The translations under genes and the position numbers were made by a program. This document shows, piece by piece, positions 39,987 through 48,812 of a DNA stretch of 64,000 nucleotides. The notes under the pieces were generated by a model. That model was given only the letters and a program-made list of their open reading frames with translations. It made no database searches and was not told the origin of the DNA. The DNA is from an uncultured Verrucomicrobiota bacterium. Its GTDB lineage: Bacteria > Verrucomicrobiota > Verrucomicrobiia > Limisphaerales > MWDV01. Each line of letters begins with the position of its first letter. Within the stretch, counting starts at the first letter, position 1. The stretch covers positions 1,689-65,688 of the forward strand of contig CAZJTM010000005.1 in assembly GCA_964548925.1 (NCBI GenBank), in the 5' to 3' direction.

Positions 39987-41731
39987 AAGTGCTCATTGTT
40001 GACGACCACCCCCAGAACCTCTATCTGCTGCGCGCCTTGCTGGAAGGTCATGGCTGTGCCGTGGACGAAGCCCGGCATGGCGCCGAGGCGCTGACCAAGG
40101 CCCGGCAATCGCCACCCGACCTAGTCGTCTCCGACCTCCTCATGCCGGTGATGGACGGCTACACCTTGTTGCGGCACTGGAAGGCCGATGACCGCCTCAA
40201 GTCCATCCCCTTCGTGGTCTATACCGCCACCTACACGGAGCCGAAAGACGAGCGCCTCGCGTTGGACCTCGGCGCCGATGCCTTCATCCTCAAGCCCGCC
40301 GAACCGGAAACCTTCATGGAACGCATCCAGGCGGTCCTTGCGCAAACCAGGGCGGGCAGCGGCCCGACCCGCGCGCCGCAGGGCGAAGAAACCGCCCTGC
40401 TGCGGAATTACGGCGAGGTGGTGGTGCGCAAACTGGAGCAAAAGGCGCTACAGTTGGCGGAAGTCAACCGCGCCTTGCAGGAAGACATCAAACGGCGCGA
40501 GGCGGCGGAAGCGGAGGCCCAACGGCTGCGGGCCGAAGCCGAACGGGCGAATGCCTCGCTGCTGACCGCGCTGGAGGAGCAGCGGAAGGCCGAGGCCGCC
40601 CTGCGCGAGAACGAAGAACGCCTGCGCCTGGCCCTGTCCGCCGCCAACCAGGGCCTCTACGATCTGAATGTCCAGACGGGCGAAGCCATCGTCAGCCCGG
40701 AGTATGCGCGCATGCTTGGCTACGAGCCGGAAGAGTTTCACGAAACCAACGCCGCCTGGCGCGAGCGCCTCCATCCGGACGACCGCGAGGCAGTGTACCG
40801 CGTTTATCAGGAATACATCGCGGGTCAGCGGGACGTGTATCGCGTCGAGTTCCGGCAGCGCACGAAATCGGGCGGCTGGAAATGGATTCTGTCCTTGGGG
40901 CGGGTGGTGTCGCGCGACGCCGAGGGCAAGCCCTTGCGCATGCTCGGCACGCACACCGACCTTACCGACCGGAAGCGGCTCGAAGCCGAGCGCTGGGCGT
41001 TGGAAGCCCAATTGCGCCAGCAGCAAAAGTTGGAAGCCATCGGCACGCTCGCTGGCGGCGTGGCCCACGAAATCAACAATCCCATCAACGGGGTCATGAA
41101 CTACGCGCAACTTATTCAGGACCGCCTCCCAGCGGGGAGTTCGTTGCTCGAATTCACGGGCGAGATCCTGCACGAAACCCGGCGCATCGCCACCATCGTC
41201 CAATGCCTGCTGACGTTTGCACGCAACGAGCATCAGAGCCAAAGCCCCGCTCGCATCGCGGACATCGTGGAAGGTACGCTCTCGCTCATCCGCACCGTCA
41301 TGCGGCGCGACCAGATCACGCTCCAGGTCCACGTACCCGACGACCTCCCCGCGTTGCGCTGTCGCAGCCAGCAACTCCAGCAGGTGATGATGAACCTGAT
41401 GACCAACGCCCGCGACGCGCTCAACGAGCGTTACCCCGGCCACGATCCCGACAAGGTGCTGAACGTCACGACGAACCTCCTTGAGAAAGAAGGCCGCCCT
41501 TGGATTCGCGTGACGGTCGAAGACCACGGCACGGGCATTACACCCGAGGTGCGGGAGCGGATGTTCGATCCGTTTTTCACCACGAAGCCGCGGGACAAGG
41601 GCACGGGCTTGGGCCTGGCCATCAGCCACGGCATCGTGAAGGAACATCACGGCGAGATCATCGTCGAAAGCGAACCTGGCCGGTTCACGCGCATCCACGT
41701 GGACTTGCCGGTGGTGGCTGAAACAGCTTGA
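39983..41731 (+). CDS. Hybrid REC-coiled coil-PAS-HisKA-HATPase histidine kinase
   Basis: ATGA overlap with the upstream RR. MKVLIVDDHPQN...VVSDLLMPVMDG. The PAS segment reads EYARMLGYEPEEF. The kinase core is near-identical to that of 31427-35569. Confidence 0.9.
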   Translation: MKVLIVDDHPQNLYLLRALLEGHGCAVDEARHGAEALTKARQSPPDLVVSDLLMPVMDGYTLLRHWKADDRLKSIPFVVYTATYTEPKDERLALDLGADAFILKPAEPETFMERIQAVLAQTRAGSGPTRAPQGEETALLRNYGEVVVRKLEQKALQLAEVNRALQEDIKRREAAEAEAQRLRAEAERANASLLTALEEQRKAEAALRENEERLRLALSAANQGLYDLNVQTGEAIVSPEYARMLGYEPEEFHETNAAWRERLHPDDREAVYRVYQEYIAGQRDVYRVEFRQRTKSGGWKWILSLGRVVSRDAEGKPLRMLGTHTDLTDRKRLEAERWALEAQLRQQQKLEAIGTLAGGVAHEINNPINGVMNYAQLIQDRLPAGSSLLEFTGEILHETRRIATIVQCLLTFARNEHQSQSPARIADIVEGTLSLIRTVMRRDQITLQVHVPDDLPALRCRSQQLQQVMMNLMTNARDALNERYPGHDPDKVLNVTTNLLEKEGRPWIRVTVEDHGTGITPEVRERMFDPFFTTKPRDKGTGLGLAISHGIVKEHHGEIIVESEPGRFTRIHVDLPVVAETA

Positions 41732-41788
41732 GGAGCGCGCTCCCCATGACTTGGCACTATTCACAATGCGATTCAGGGGCTACGGTTC

Positions 41789-43591
41789 ATGGCGTATGAC
41801 CATTGTGCCCCGAATTGCCCGCAGCGACCTGTGACCGACATTCTCCAATCGTCCGATCTGCGCCACTTGCAGCGGCTGGCCTGGCTGCTCGCGACGCTCT
41901 GGACGTCGGCCATCCTGGCATCGGTGGTTTGGAGCGTGAGCCTGCTGCGCAACGCCCTGTTCCAAGCCGCCGCCACAAACGCCCGCAGCCATTTTGAGAA
42001 GGACTTGGTCTATCGTCGCTGGGCCGCTCTGCATGGCGGAGTCTATGTGCCCGCGTCCACCCACACTCCGCCAAACCCCTATCTAACCAATGTGGTCGAG
42101 CGCGATCTCGTCACGCCGTCGGGCCGGCGGCTGACCTTGGTGAATCCGGCCTACATGACCCGGCAGGTGCATGAGTTGGAGACGGCGGACCTGGGCGCGC
42201 GGGGGCACATCACCAGCCTCAAACCGCTGCGGCCGGAAAACGCGCCCGACGCTTGGGAAGCCGCGGCGCTGACGGCGTTTGAACGGGGGGAAACCGAACG
42301 GGTCGTCCGCGAATCGCTCCATGGCGAGCCCTACTTGCGTTTCATGAAGCCTCTGATCACGGAGGCCTCCTGCCTCAAATGCCATGCCGCCCAGGGATAT
42401 AAGGAGGGTGAGATTCGCGGCGGCATTAGCATCGCCGTGGCGTTGGCTCCGTACGAAGCCTTGGAACAGGCGCGGACCCGCCGCATCGTGGCTGCCCATG
42501 CCGGGTTGTGGGGACTGGGCCTGGTGGGGATTCTCGTGGGCGCGCGGCAGATGCGCGGTCGCATCTTGGAACGGTGGCAGGTGAGCCGGCAGCTTGAGCA
42601 AAGTGAGGCCCGCTTGCGGGGTATTGCTGACTCGGCGCAGGATGCCATTGTGATGATGAACCCGGAGGGGCACATCTCGTTTTGGAATCCGGCCGCGGAG
42701 CGCATCCTCGGCTATTCCAGCGGCGAGGCTCTCGGGCGGAATCTGCATGAATTGATCGCGCCGGCTCGATTTCACGAGCCGCACCAGGCGGCCTTCCCGA
42801 AGTTCCTGCAAACGGGTCGGGGAGACGTGGTTGGCAAAACGCTTGATCTGGCCGCCCGCCGAAAGGACGGGCGGGAGATTCTGGTGCAATTGTCCCTGTC
42901 CGCAGTCCAGATGGACGGTGGCTGGCACGCCGTGGGCATTCTCCGTGACGTGACGGAACAGAAGCGGACGCAAGACCAACTCCGCCAGTTGTCCCGCGCG
43001 GTGGAGCAGAATCCGGCTTCGATTGTGATCACCGATGCCGCCGGAAAGATCGAGTATGTGAATCCCAAATTCGTCGAGGTCACGGGCTACACGCTGGCCG
43101 AGGCGTTGGGCCAGAACCCGCGCATCTTGAAATCCGGCGAGAAGAGCCCCGAAGCCTACCGCGAGTTGTGGCAGACCCTTGCGGAGGGAAAGGAATGGCG
43201 CGGCGAGTTCCACAACAAGCGGAAGAACGGGGAACTCTATTGGGAGAGTGCCTCCATCTCGCCCATCCGTGACGCCGCGGGCCACATCACCCACTTCGTC
43301 GCCGTCAAGGAAGACATCACCGCGCGGAAACAGACGGAAGCCGAACGCGACCAACTGATCCAGGATCTGCGGCAAGCCCTGGCCAAGGTCAAATCCCTGA
43401 GCGGCCTCCTGCCGATCTGCGCCGGCTGCAAGAAGATTCGCGATGACAAAGGGTATTGGAGCCAGGTGGAGAGCTACGTGCAGGCGCACTCAGAAGCAAC
43501 CTTCACGCACGGCCTCTGCCCGGACTGTATCCAGCGGCTTTATCCTGAGCTGAATGAACGCGCCCCGTCCGGGAATCCACCTGCTGCTTAA
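41789..43591 (+). CDS. Kinase-less membrane sensor: DUF3365-like CxxCH domain, TM, two PAS, C-terminal CxxC...CxxC tail
   Basis: N-terminal TM. ...EASCLKCHAAQGYKEGEIRGGISI (heme-c type CxxCH as in DUF3365). A second TM. Two PAS modules. The tail is LLPICAGCKKIRDDKGYWSQVESYVQAHSEATFTHGLCPDCIQRLYPEL. No H-box or ATPase is present. Confidence 0.8.
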   Translation: MAYDHCAPNCPQRPVTDILQSSDLRHLQRLAWLLATLWTSAILASVVWSVSLLRNALFQAAATNARSHFEKDLVYRRWAALHGGVYVPASTHTPPNPYLTNVVERDLVTPSGRRLTLVNPAYMTRQVHELETADLGARGHITSLKPLRPENAPDAWEAAALTAFERGETERVVRESLHGEPYLRFMKPLITEASCLKCHAAQGYKEGEIRGGISIAVALAPYEALEQARTRRIVAAHAGLWGLGLVGILVGARQMRGRILERWQVSRQLEQSEARLRGIADSAQDAIVMMNPEGHISFWNPAAERILGYSSGEALGRNLHELIAPARFHEPHQAAFPKFLQTGRGDVVGKTLDLAARRKDGREILVQLSLSAVQMDGGWHAVGILRDVTEQKRTQDQLRQLSRAVEQNPASIVITDAAGKIEYVNPKFVEVTGYTLAEALGQNPRILKSGEKSPEAYRELWQTLAEGKEWRGEFHNKRKNGELYWESASISPIRDAAGHITHFVAVKEDITARKQTEAERDQLIQDLRQALAKVKSLSGLLPICAGCKKIRDDKGYWSQVESYVQAHSEATFTHGLCPDCIQRLYPELNERAPSGNPPAA

Positions 43592-43604
43592 CCGCAACTG
43601 AACT

Positions 43605-45974
43605 ATGGCCAGAATCCTAATCGTAGATGACGAGAAAAGCATCCGCCGCACGCTCGGAGAATTCCTCCGCGCCGAAGGCTACGAGGTCTTCGAAGCCGAG
43701 GACGCGGACGCGGCCCAACAGCGGTTGCGCGAGGCGGAGTTCGATGTGGTGGTCAGCGACATCATCCTGCCGCGGGTCACGGGGGTGGAATTGCTCCGCC
43801 GCATTCACGCCTCGTCACCTCATGTGCAGGTGGTAATGATGACCGGCGAGCCGACGGTGGAAACCGCCACCGAGGCGCTCCGGGCCGGCGCCGCCGACTA
43901 CCTGTTCAAACCCATCACCAAGGCCGCCATCCTGCGCGCGGTCGCAAACGCGGTCCGCATCAAATCGCTGGAAGACACCCGGCGGCGCTTGGAGGTCGAG
44001 AATCAGGCGCACCGCGAAAACCTCGAGCGGCTGGTGACAGAGCGCACAGCGCAGTTGCAGGAGAGCGAACGCCGTTTTCGCAGCTTGTACGAGAACGCCC
44101 TGATGGGGCTTTACCGCACCACGCCAGATGGCCGGATACTGCTCGCCAATCCGGCGCTGGTGAGCATGTTGGGCTACGAATCTTTTGATGCCCTTGCGCG
44201 CCAGAATCTCGAAACGCGGGGGTTTCACCCCGATTACCCGCGGCAGCAGTTCAAGGAACGGCTGGAGGGCGAGGGCAGCGTGCAGGGCTTGGAGAGCGCC
44301 TGGACCCGCGCAGACGGCTCTACGGTTTTCGTCCGGGAAAGCGCCTGCACGGTTCGGGACGATGCCGGCGGGGTTTTGTATTACGACGGCGTGGTGGAAG
44401 ACATTACCGAACGCAAACGCGCGGAAGACCAGTTGCGCAAACTCGCCCGCGCTGTGGAACAGTCGCCTGCCTCCATTGTCATCACTGACCGCGCCGGCAA
44501 CATCGAGTTCGTGAATCCCAAGTTTTCCCAGGTCACGGGCTACACGGCGGAGGAAGTCGTGGGCCGGAATCCGCGTATCCTCAAGTCCGGCGAAACGACG
44601 GCGGAGGAATACCGGCAACTCTGGGAAACCATCACCGCAGGCCGGGAGTGGCACGGGGAGTTCCACAACAAGCGCAAGGACGGCACGCTGTTTTGGGAAA
44701 CGGCGTCTATTTCCCCCATCCGGGATGCCGCGGGGGAAATCAAGCATTTCATCGCGGTCAAGGAGGACGTGACCGAACAAAAGCTCACGCAGGCCAAGTT
44801 GCTGCGGGCGCAGCGTGTGGAGAGCATCGGCAGCCTGGCCAGCGGCATCGCGCATGACTTGAACAATATTCTCACACCCATCCTCATGTGCGCGCCGATG
44901 CTGCAATTGGATGACTCGCCCGAAACCCGGCGCGAGTTGGCGCAAACCATCGAGACGAGCGCGCAGCGGGCGGTGGGCATCGTGAAGCAACTCCTCAGTT
45001 TCGCGCGCGGCAAGGAAGGGCAGAAACAGCCGTTGCAAATGCGGCACCTGGTGCGCGACATGGCCAAAATCATTCGCGAAACCTTTCCCCGGAGCATTCA
45101 GGTCGAGGAGGACTGCGACCCGAATCTCTGGCCGGTGCTGGCGGACGCCACCCAGTTGCACCAAGTGCTCCTGAACCTCTGCGTCAACGCCCGGGACGCC
45201 ATGCCCGGCGGCGGCAAACTCACGCTCGAAGCGGCGAATGTCACCCTCGACGAGCATTTTGTGGCCATGCACAAGGAGGCCGAAGCCGGGCCGTTCGTGC
45301 GGCTGCGGGTCACGGACACCGGCACCGGGATTCCCGAGACGGTCCAGGCCCATATCTTTGAATCCTTCTTCACCACCAAGGGTGAAGGCGCGGGCACCGG
45401 CCTGGGGCTCTCCACCGTGAAGGGCATCGTCAAGAATCACAAGGGATTCATCACGTTCACGACCGCGCCCGGGCGGGGCACCACCTTCGAAGTCCATTTA
45501 CCCGCCGCGACGGAAGCCCGATCCACGGCGGAGCAAACCGTCCAGACAAGGGCGATGCCGCGGGGCGAGGGGGAACTCATTCTCGTGGTGGACGACGAGC
45601 CGGCCATCTGCGATACCACGCGGCGCACCTTGGAACGGCAGGGATACCGCGTGCTTCAGGCGCATAATGGGATCGAAGCGCTTGCTCAATACTCCGCGCA
45701 CCAACAAGAAGTTCGCGCGGTGGTGACGGATTTCATGATGCCGCTGATGGATGGCGTCACGTTGTGCCGCGCGTTGCGGGCGCTGTCCCCGCAAACGCCG
45801 TTGGTCGTGTCCAGTGGCGGCTTGTTTGGCAAGGTGGGCGCGGAGGCAAGCCGCGCTCTTGAGGAACTCGGTGTGCGCCATGTCTTGCAAAAACCGCACA
45901 ACGCCGACTTGCTCCTCCAGACTCTGTGCGAAGTGCTGGGGAGGCCGGTCAGCACCCCGCGGATTCAACCATGA
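43605..45974 (+). CDS. Hybrid REC-PAS-PAS-HisKA-HATPase-REC histidine kinase
   Basis: MARILIVDDEKSIR...VVSDIILPRVTG. H-box GIAHDLNNILTPI. NLCVNARDAM, DTGTGI, GTGLGLS. The C-terminal REC reads LILVVDDEPAI...VVTDFMMPLMDG. Confidence 0.9.
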   Translation: MARILIVDDEKSIRRTLGEFLRAEGYEVFEAEDADAAQQRLREAEFDVVVSDIILPRVTGVELLRRIHASSPHVQVVMMTGEPTVETATEALRAGAADYLFKPITKAAILRAVANAVRIKSLEDTRRRLEVENQAHRENLERLVTERTAQLQESERRFRSLYENALMGLYRTTPDGRILLANPALVSMLGYESFDALARQNLETRGFHPDYPRQQFKERLEGEGSVQGLESAWTRADGSTVFVRESACTVRDDAGGVLYYDGVVEDITERKRAEDQLRKLARAVEQSPASIVITDRAGNIEFVNPKFSQVTGYTAEEVVGRNPRILKSGETTAEEYRQLWETITAGREWHGEFHNKRKDGTLFWETASISPIRDAAGEIKHFIAVKEDVTEQKLTQAKLLRAQRVESIGSLASGIAHDLNNILTPILMCAPMLQLDDSPETRRELAQTIETSAQRAVGIVKQLLSFARGKEGQKQPLQMRHLVRDMAKIIRETFPRSIQVEEDCDPNLWPVLADATQLHQVLLNLCVNARDAMPGGGKLTLEAANVTLDEHFVAMHKEAEAGPFVRLRVTDTGTGIPETVQAHIFESFFTTKGEGAGTGLGLSTVKGIVKNHKGFITFTTAPGRGTTFEVHLPAATEARSTAEQTVQTRAMPRGEGELILVVDDEPAICDTTRRTLERQGYRVLQAHNGIEALAQYSAHQQEVRAVVTDFMMPLMDGVTLCRALRALSPQTPLVVSSGGLFGKVGAEASRALEELGVRHVLQKPHNADLLLQTLCEVLGRPVSTPRIQP

Positions 45975-46633
45975 CCACGCCGCGCCAGGCGTTGCATGTG
46001 TTGCTGGTGGACGATCATCCCATCGTCCGCACCGGCCTGCGGACGGCGCTTCGCCTGCATTTCCCCGCCGTCTTGATTGAGGAGGCCGGGTGTGCTACCG
46101 AGGCGAAGGTGATTTTAGCCGCGCGGCGGCCGGACCTCGTGTTGCTGGATGTGAACCTGCCCGGCACCAATGGCCTGGACCTGGCCCGGCAAATCCTCGA
46201 ACGCGACCGGAAGGCGCGAATCCTGATGGTGGCGGCCGAAGCCGATCCCTGGACCGTGAACGAAGCCCTGCAACGCGGCGCCTTGGGCTTTCTCGCCAAG
46301 ACGAACTCCGGGGACGCGCTGCCGGAAGCCGTGCGTCGCGTGCTGGCAGGTAGCGTCTTTCTCTGTCCCGATGCCCAACGCGCGCTTCAACGGGCCGAAC
46401 GCGTCGGGTGCGGGGCCGCCGAACCACCCGGCCCCGCCGTGCTGACCCAACGCGAACGCGAGGTCTTGCGTCATCTGGTGCATGGCGAGAACACCAAGAC
46501 GATCGCCTCGTTGATGGAAGTGAGCCCCAAGACGATTGAAACCCACCGCAGCCACATCATGCGGAAGCTCGGGACCAACAGCATCGCCGCGCTCACCCGC
46601 TACGCCATCCGCCACAATCTCGCGCACCTTTAG
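45971..46633 (+). CDS. NarL/FixJ (LuxR-type HTH) response regulator
   Basis: ATGA overlap with the upstream kinase. HVLLVDDHPIVRTGL...LVLLDVNLPGTNG. LTQREREVLRHLVHGENTKTIASLMEVSPKTIETHRSHIMRKLG. Confidence 0.9.
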   Translation: MTTPRQALHVLLVDDHPIVRTGLRTALRLHFPAVLIEEAGCATEAKVILAARRPDLVLLDVNLPGTNGLDLARQILERDRKARILMVAAEADPWTVNEALQRGALGFLAKTNSGDALPEAVRRVLAGSVFLCPDAQRALQRAERVGCGAAEPPGPAVLTQREREVLRHLVHGENTKTIASLMEVSPKTIETHRSHIMRKLGTNSIAALTRYAIRHNLAHL

Positions 46634-46765
46634 AGGCGACTCCTCGACTCCGGCCCGGCGGAGACTCCGCGGAGTTGCACTGAACCGCATGAAGCGCAAG
46701 GCGGCGGGCGAGTCCGGCATCCCAGCCGGCGCAGCGGCCAAGAACCTCGCCTGGCCAATCCAGAC

Positions 46766-47338
46766 TTGGCACGCGCCGGCTTTCACCCTACCGTCGCATC
46801 CGTGATCGGTTTCCTGCGATTCGTCGGGCTGCTGAACGCCGCCGTCTGGTTGGGCGCGGCGGTCTTTTTCACCTTCGGCGCCGGGCCAGCGGCCTTTTCG
46901 GACGAGATGAAGACCCTGCTCGGTCCGAAAAACCACCCTTACTTCTCCGGCGCGATCGCCCAAGTTTTGATCGCCCGTTATTTCACGTTTCAGCTCATCT
47001 GCGGTGTGATTGCGGCGCTGCATCTGTTCACCGAGTGGCTTTACCTGGGCCGGCCGATGCGGCGGTTCACCGGTTATCTGCTCGTCGGGTTGCTGCTGCT
47101 GGGGCTGGCCGGAGACTTTGGGATGCAGCCGAAGATCAAGCGGCTGCACGCCGCGAAGTACGCCGTCAACGCCACTCCGCAAAGCCGCGAAGCCGCCGCG
47201 CGGTCCCTGGCGGCCTGGCACGGCGTGGCGCAGAGCGTGAATCTCCTCATGCTGGCGGGCCTGGTGGTCTATGTCTGGCGCGTGGCCAATCCCTCGGAAG
47301 CGACCCGCTTTGTTCCCGCGGTGAAATTACGGGGTTGA
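46766..47338 (+). CDS. DUF4149-like four-TM membrane protein
   Basis: FLRFVGLLNAAVWLGAAVFFTF...ARYFTFQLICGVIAALHL...GYLLVGLLLLGLAGDF...NLLMLAGLVVYVW. The likely start is GTG 46802. Confidence 0.5.
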   Translation: MARAGFHPTVASVIGFLRFVGLLNAAVWLGAAVFFTFGAGPAAFSDEMKTLLGPKNHPYFSGAIAQVLIARYFTFQLICGVIAALHLFTEWLYLGRPMRRFTGYLLVGLLLLGLAGDFGMQPKIKRLHAAKYAVNATPQSREAAARSLAAWHGVAQSVNLLMLAGLVVYVWRVANPSEATRFVPAVKLRG

Positions 47339-47408
47339 CAAAACCGGGAAGTCGTCAAACTTTACCCGGAACTAATCCCATGATGTAGGGTTCCTTTGGG
47401 AACGACTT

Positions 47409-47705
47409 ATGATTTCAAACGAACGACCATCACCGTTTCGCACGCGGCCGCACCACTTCGGCAGCATGCCTCCCAAGCCGCCCGTCAATGAAGAGACGCT
47501 CCGCACCGAGCGGATTCAGGTGGAACGCAAGACGTTCGTGTTCACCCTGAAGGAAAACCCACGCGGCCGGTTTCTCCGGATCACCGAGGACGTCGGGGGA
47601 CGGCGGGACGCCATCATCATTCCGGCGCCGGGACTGGAGGAGTTTTCCAAAATGGTGGAAAGCCTGGCCAAGGCCGCCGCGGAAACACCACCGAAAATCA
47701 TGTAA
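47409..47705 (+). CDS. Bacterial Pur-alpha-like nucleic-acid-binding protein (DUF3276)
   Basis: LRTERIQVERKTFVFTLKENPRGRFLRITEDVGGRRDAIIIPAPGLEEF matches the PUR repeat pattern. Confidence 0.65.
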   Translation: MISNERPSPFRTRPHHFGSMPPKPPVNEETLRTERIQVERKTFVFTLKENPRGRFLRITEDVGGRRDAIIIPAPGLEEFSKMVESLAKAAAETPPKIM

Positions 47706-47782
47706 CCCGCCGGCAGGCGGGTCGCCAAGACCGAGGTCCGCGGGTTCCTGCCGGCGGCAGGTTCGAATGTTGCGAGGTGGAA

Positions 47783-48148
47783 TCAGCGGGTTTTTGCCGC
47801 TTGCCTTCGAGCGCGCACTTGCGGTGCGTCTCCCCACAAACCTTCCAAGTCGTAGCGTTCCCGCACGTCCGTGCGCATGACGTGAACGATGACATCGAAG
47901 TAGTCCAGCACCATCCATTGCGTCGGCATCTTGCCGTCCACCGCCCTCGGGCGCAGACCATGTTCGTCCCGCAACTTGTCGGTAATCTCCTCCACCACCG
48001 CGCGCAGGTGCGGTTCGCTGGTGGCGGAGGCGATGACGAAATAATCCGTGATGGACGAAAGCTTGCGCACGTCGAGAACTACGAGGTCCTCCGCCTTCCG
48101 GTTATCGGCCAGTTCGCGGCAGAGCAGGGCGAGTTTTCGTGAATCCAT
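47783..48148 (-). CDS. rsfS: Ribosome silencing factor RsfS (iojap)
   Basis: KAEDLVVLDVRKLSSITDYFVIASATSEPHLRAV...WMVLDYFDVIVHVM. Confidence 0.9.
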   Translation of the reverse strand: MDSRKLALLCRELADNRKAEDLVVLDVRKLSSITDYFVIASATSEPHLRAVVEEITDKLRDEHGLRPRAVDGKMPTQWMVLDYFDVIVHVMRTDVRERYDLEGLWGDAPQVRARRQAAKTR

Positions 48149-48174
48149 CGGCGGGGAGATTGTCAGAGAACGGT

Positions 48175-48789
48175 TCAGAGATAAAGCCGGGAATTACGGA
48201 GTGCTTCCGCCACCGCCGACGGGACCAAGTGGTCAATGGACAACCCGGCCCGCACTCGCGCGCGGATTTGGGACGAGGACACGCCAAACGCAAAGCCGAT
48301 CAGCGTCCGCCCTCGGAAGGGAGGTGGGAAACCCAAAGTGGCGCCGACGGACAGGTCGGCAGGCCGGTCGAGACTGGTGCTGCCAACGGGCCGGGGGATG
48401 GCGACAAACTCGGCCAATTGGGCAACCTCGCCAGCCTCGCGCCACCTGGGAAGGTTCGGCACGTTGTCCGCACCGATCAGGCAAAACCGTTCCGTGTCGG
48501 GGAATCGCCGGGCGTAATCCCGCAGCGTATCCACGGTGTAGGAAACACCCCCGCGCTGAAGTTCCTGTTCGTCCACCTCGCAGTGCGGCCAACCCGCCAG
48601 CGCCAACCGGAGCATCCGGGTGCGCTCGTCCGCCGGCGCATGGGGTTGGTCCTGCTTGAACGGCGATTGCGCCGCCGGGACGAAGAACAGCCGGTCGAGC
48701 GACAATTCCTCGATAGCCGCCTGTGCCACCAGCAGATGGCCCAAGTGAACCGGGTCAAACGAACCGCCGTAAACACCAATCCGCTTCAC
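48175..48789 (-). CDS. nadD: Nicotinate-nucleotide adenylyltransferase
   Basis: KRIGVYGGSFDPVHLGHL (HxGH motif), ...SSSQIR. The start is taken at GTG 48789. The track ORF extends to 48858. Confidence 0.85.
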   Translation of the reverse strand: MKRIGVYGGSFDPVHLGHLLVAQAAIEELSLDRLFFVPAAQSPFKQDQPHAPADERTRMLRLALAGWPHCEVDEQELQRGGVSYTVDTLRDYARRFPDTERFCLIGADNVPNLPRWREAGEVAQLAEFVAIPRPVGSTSLDRPADLSVGATLGFPPPFRGRTLIGFAFGVSSSQIRARVRAGLSIDHLVPSAVAEALRNSRLYL

Positions 48790-48812
48790 GTCGCAAGGAA
48801 GAACCGAGCTGC

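Noticed and set aside
43815-45497. Long minus-strand ORFs opposite the kinase genes. This also applies to 40448-41764, 37471-38640, 42083-43489 and 35520-36533.
   Set aside because: All lie opposite kinase genes with complete PAS/H-box/G-box motif sets. They are shadow ORFs.
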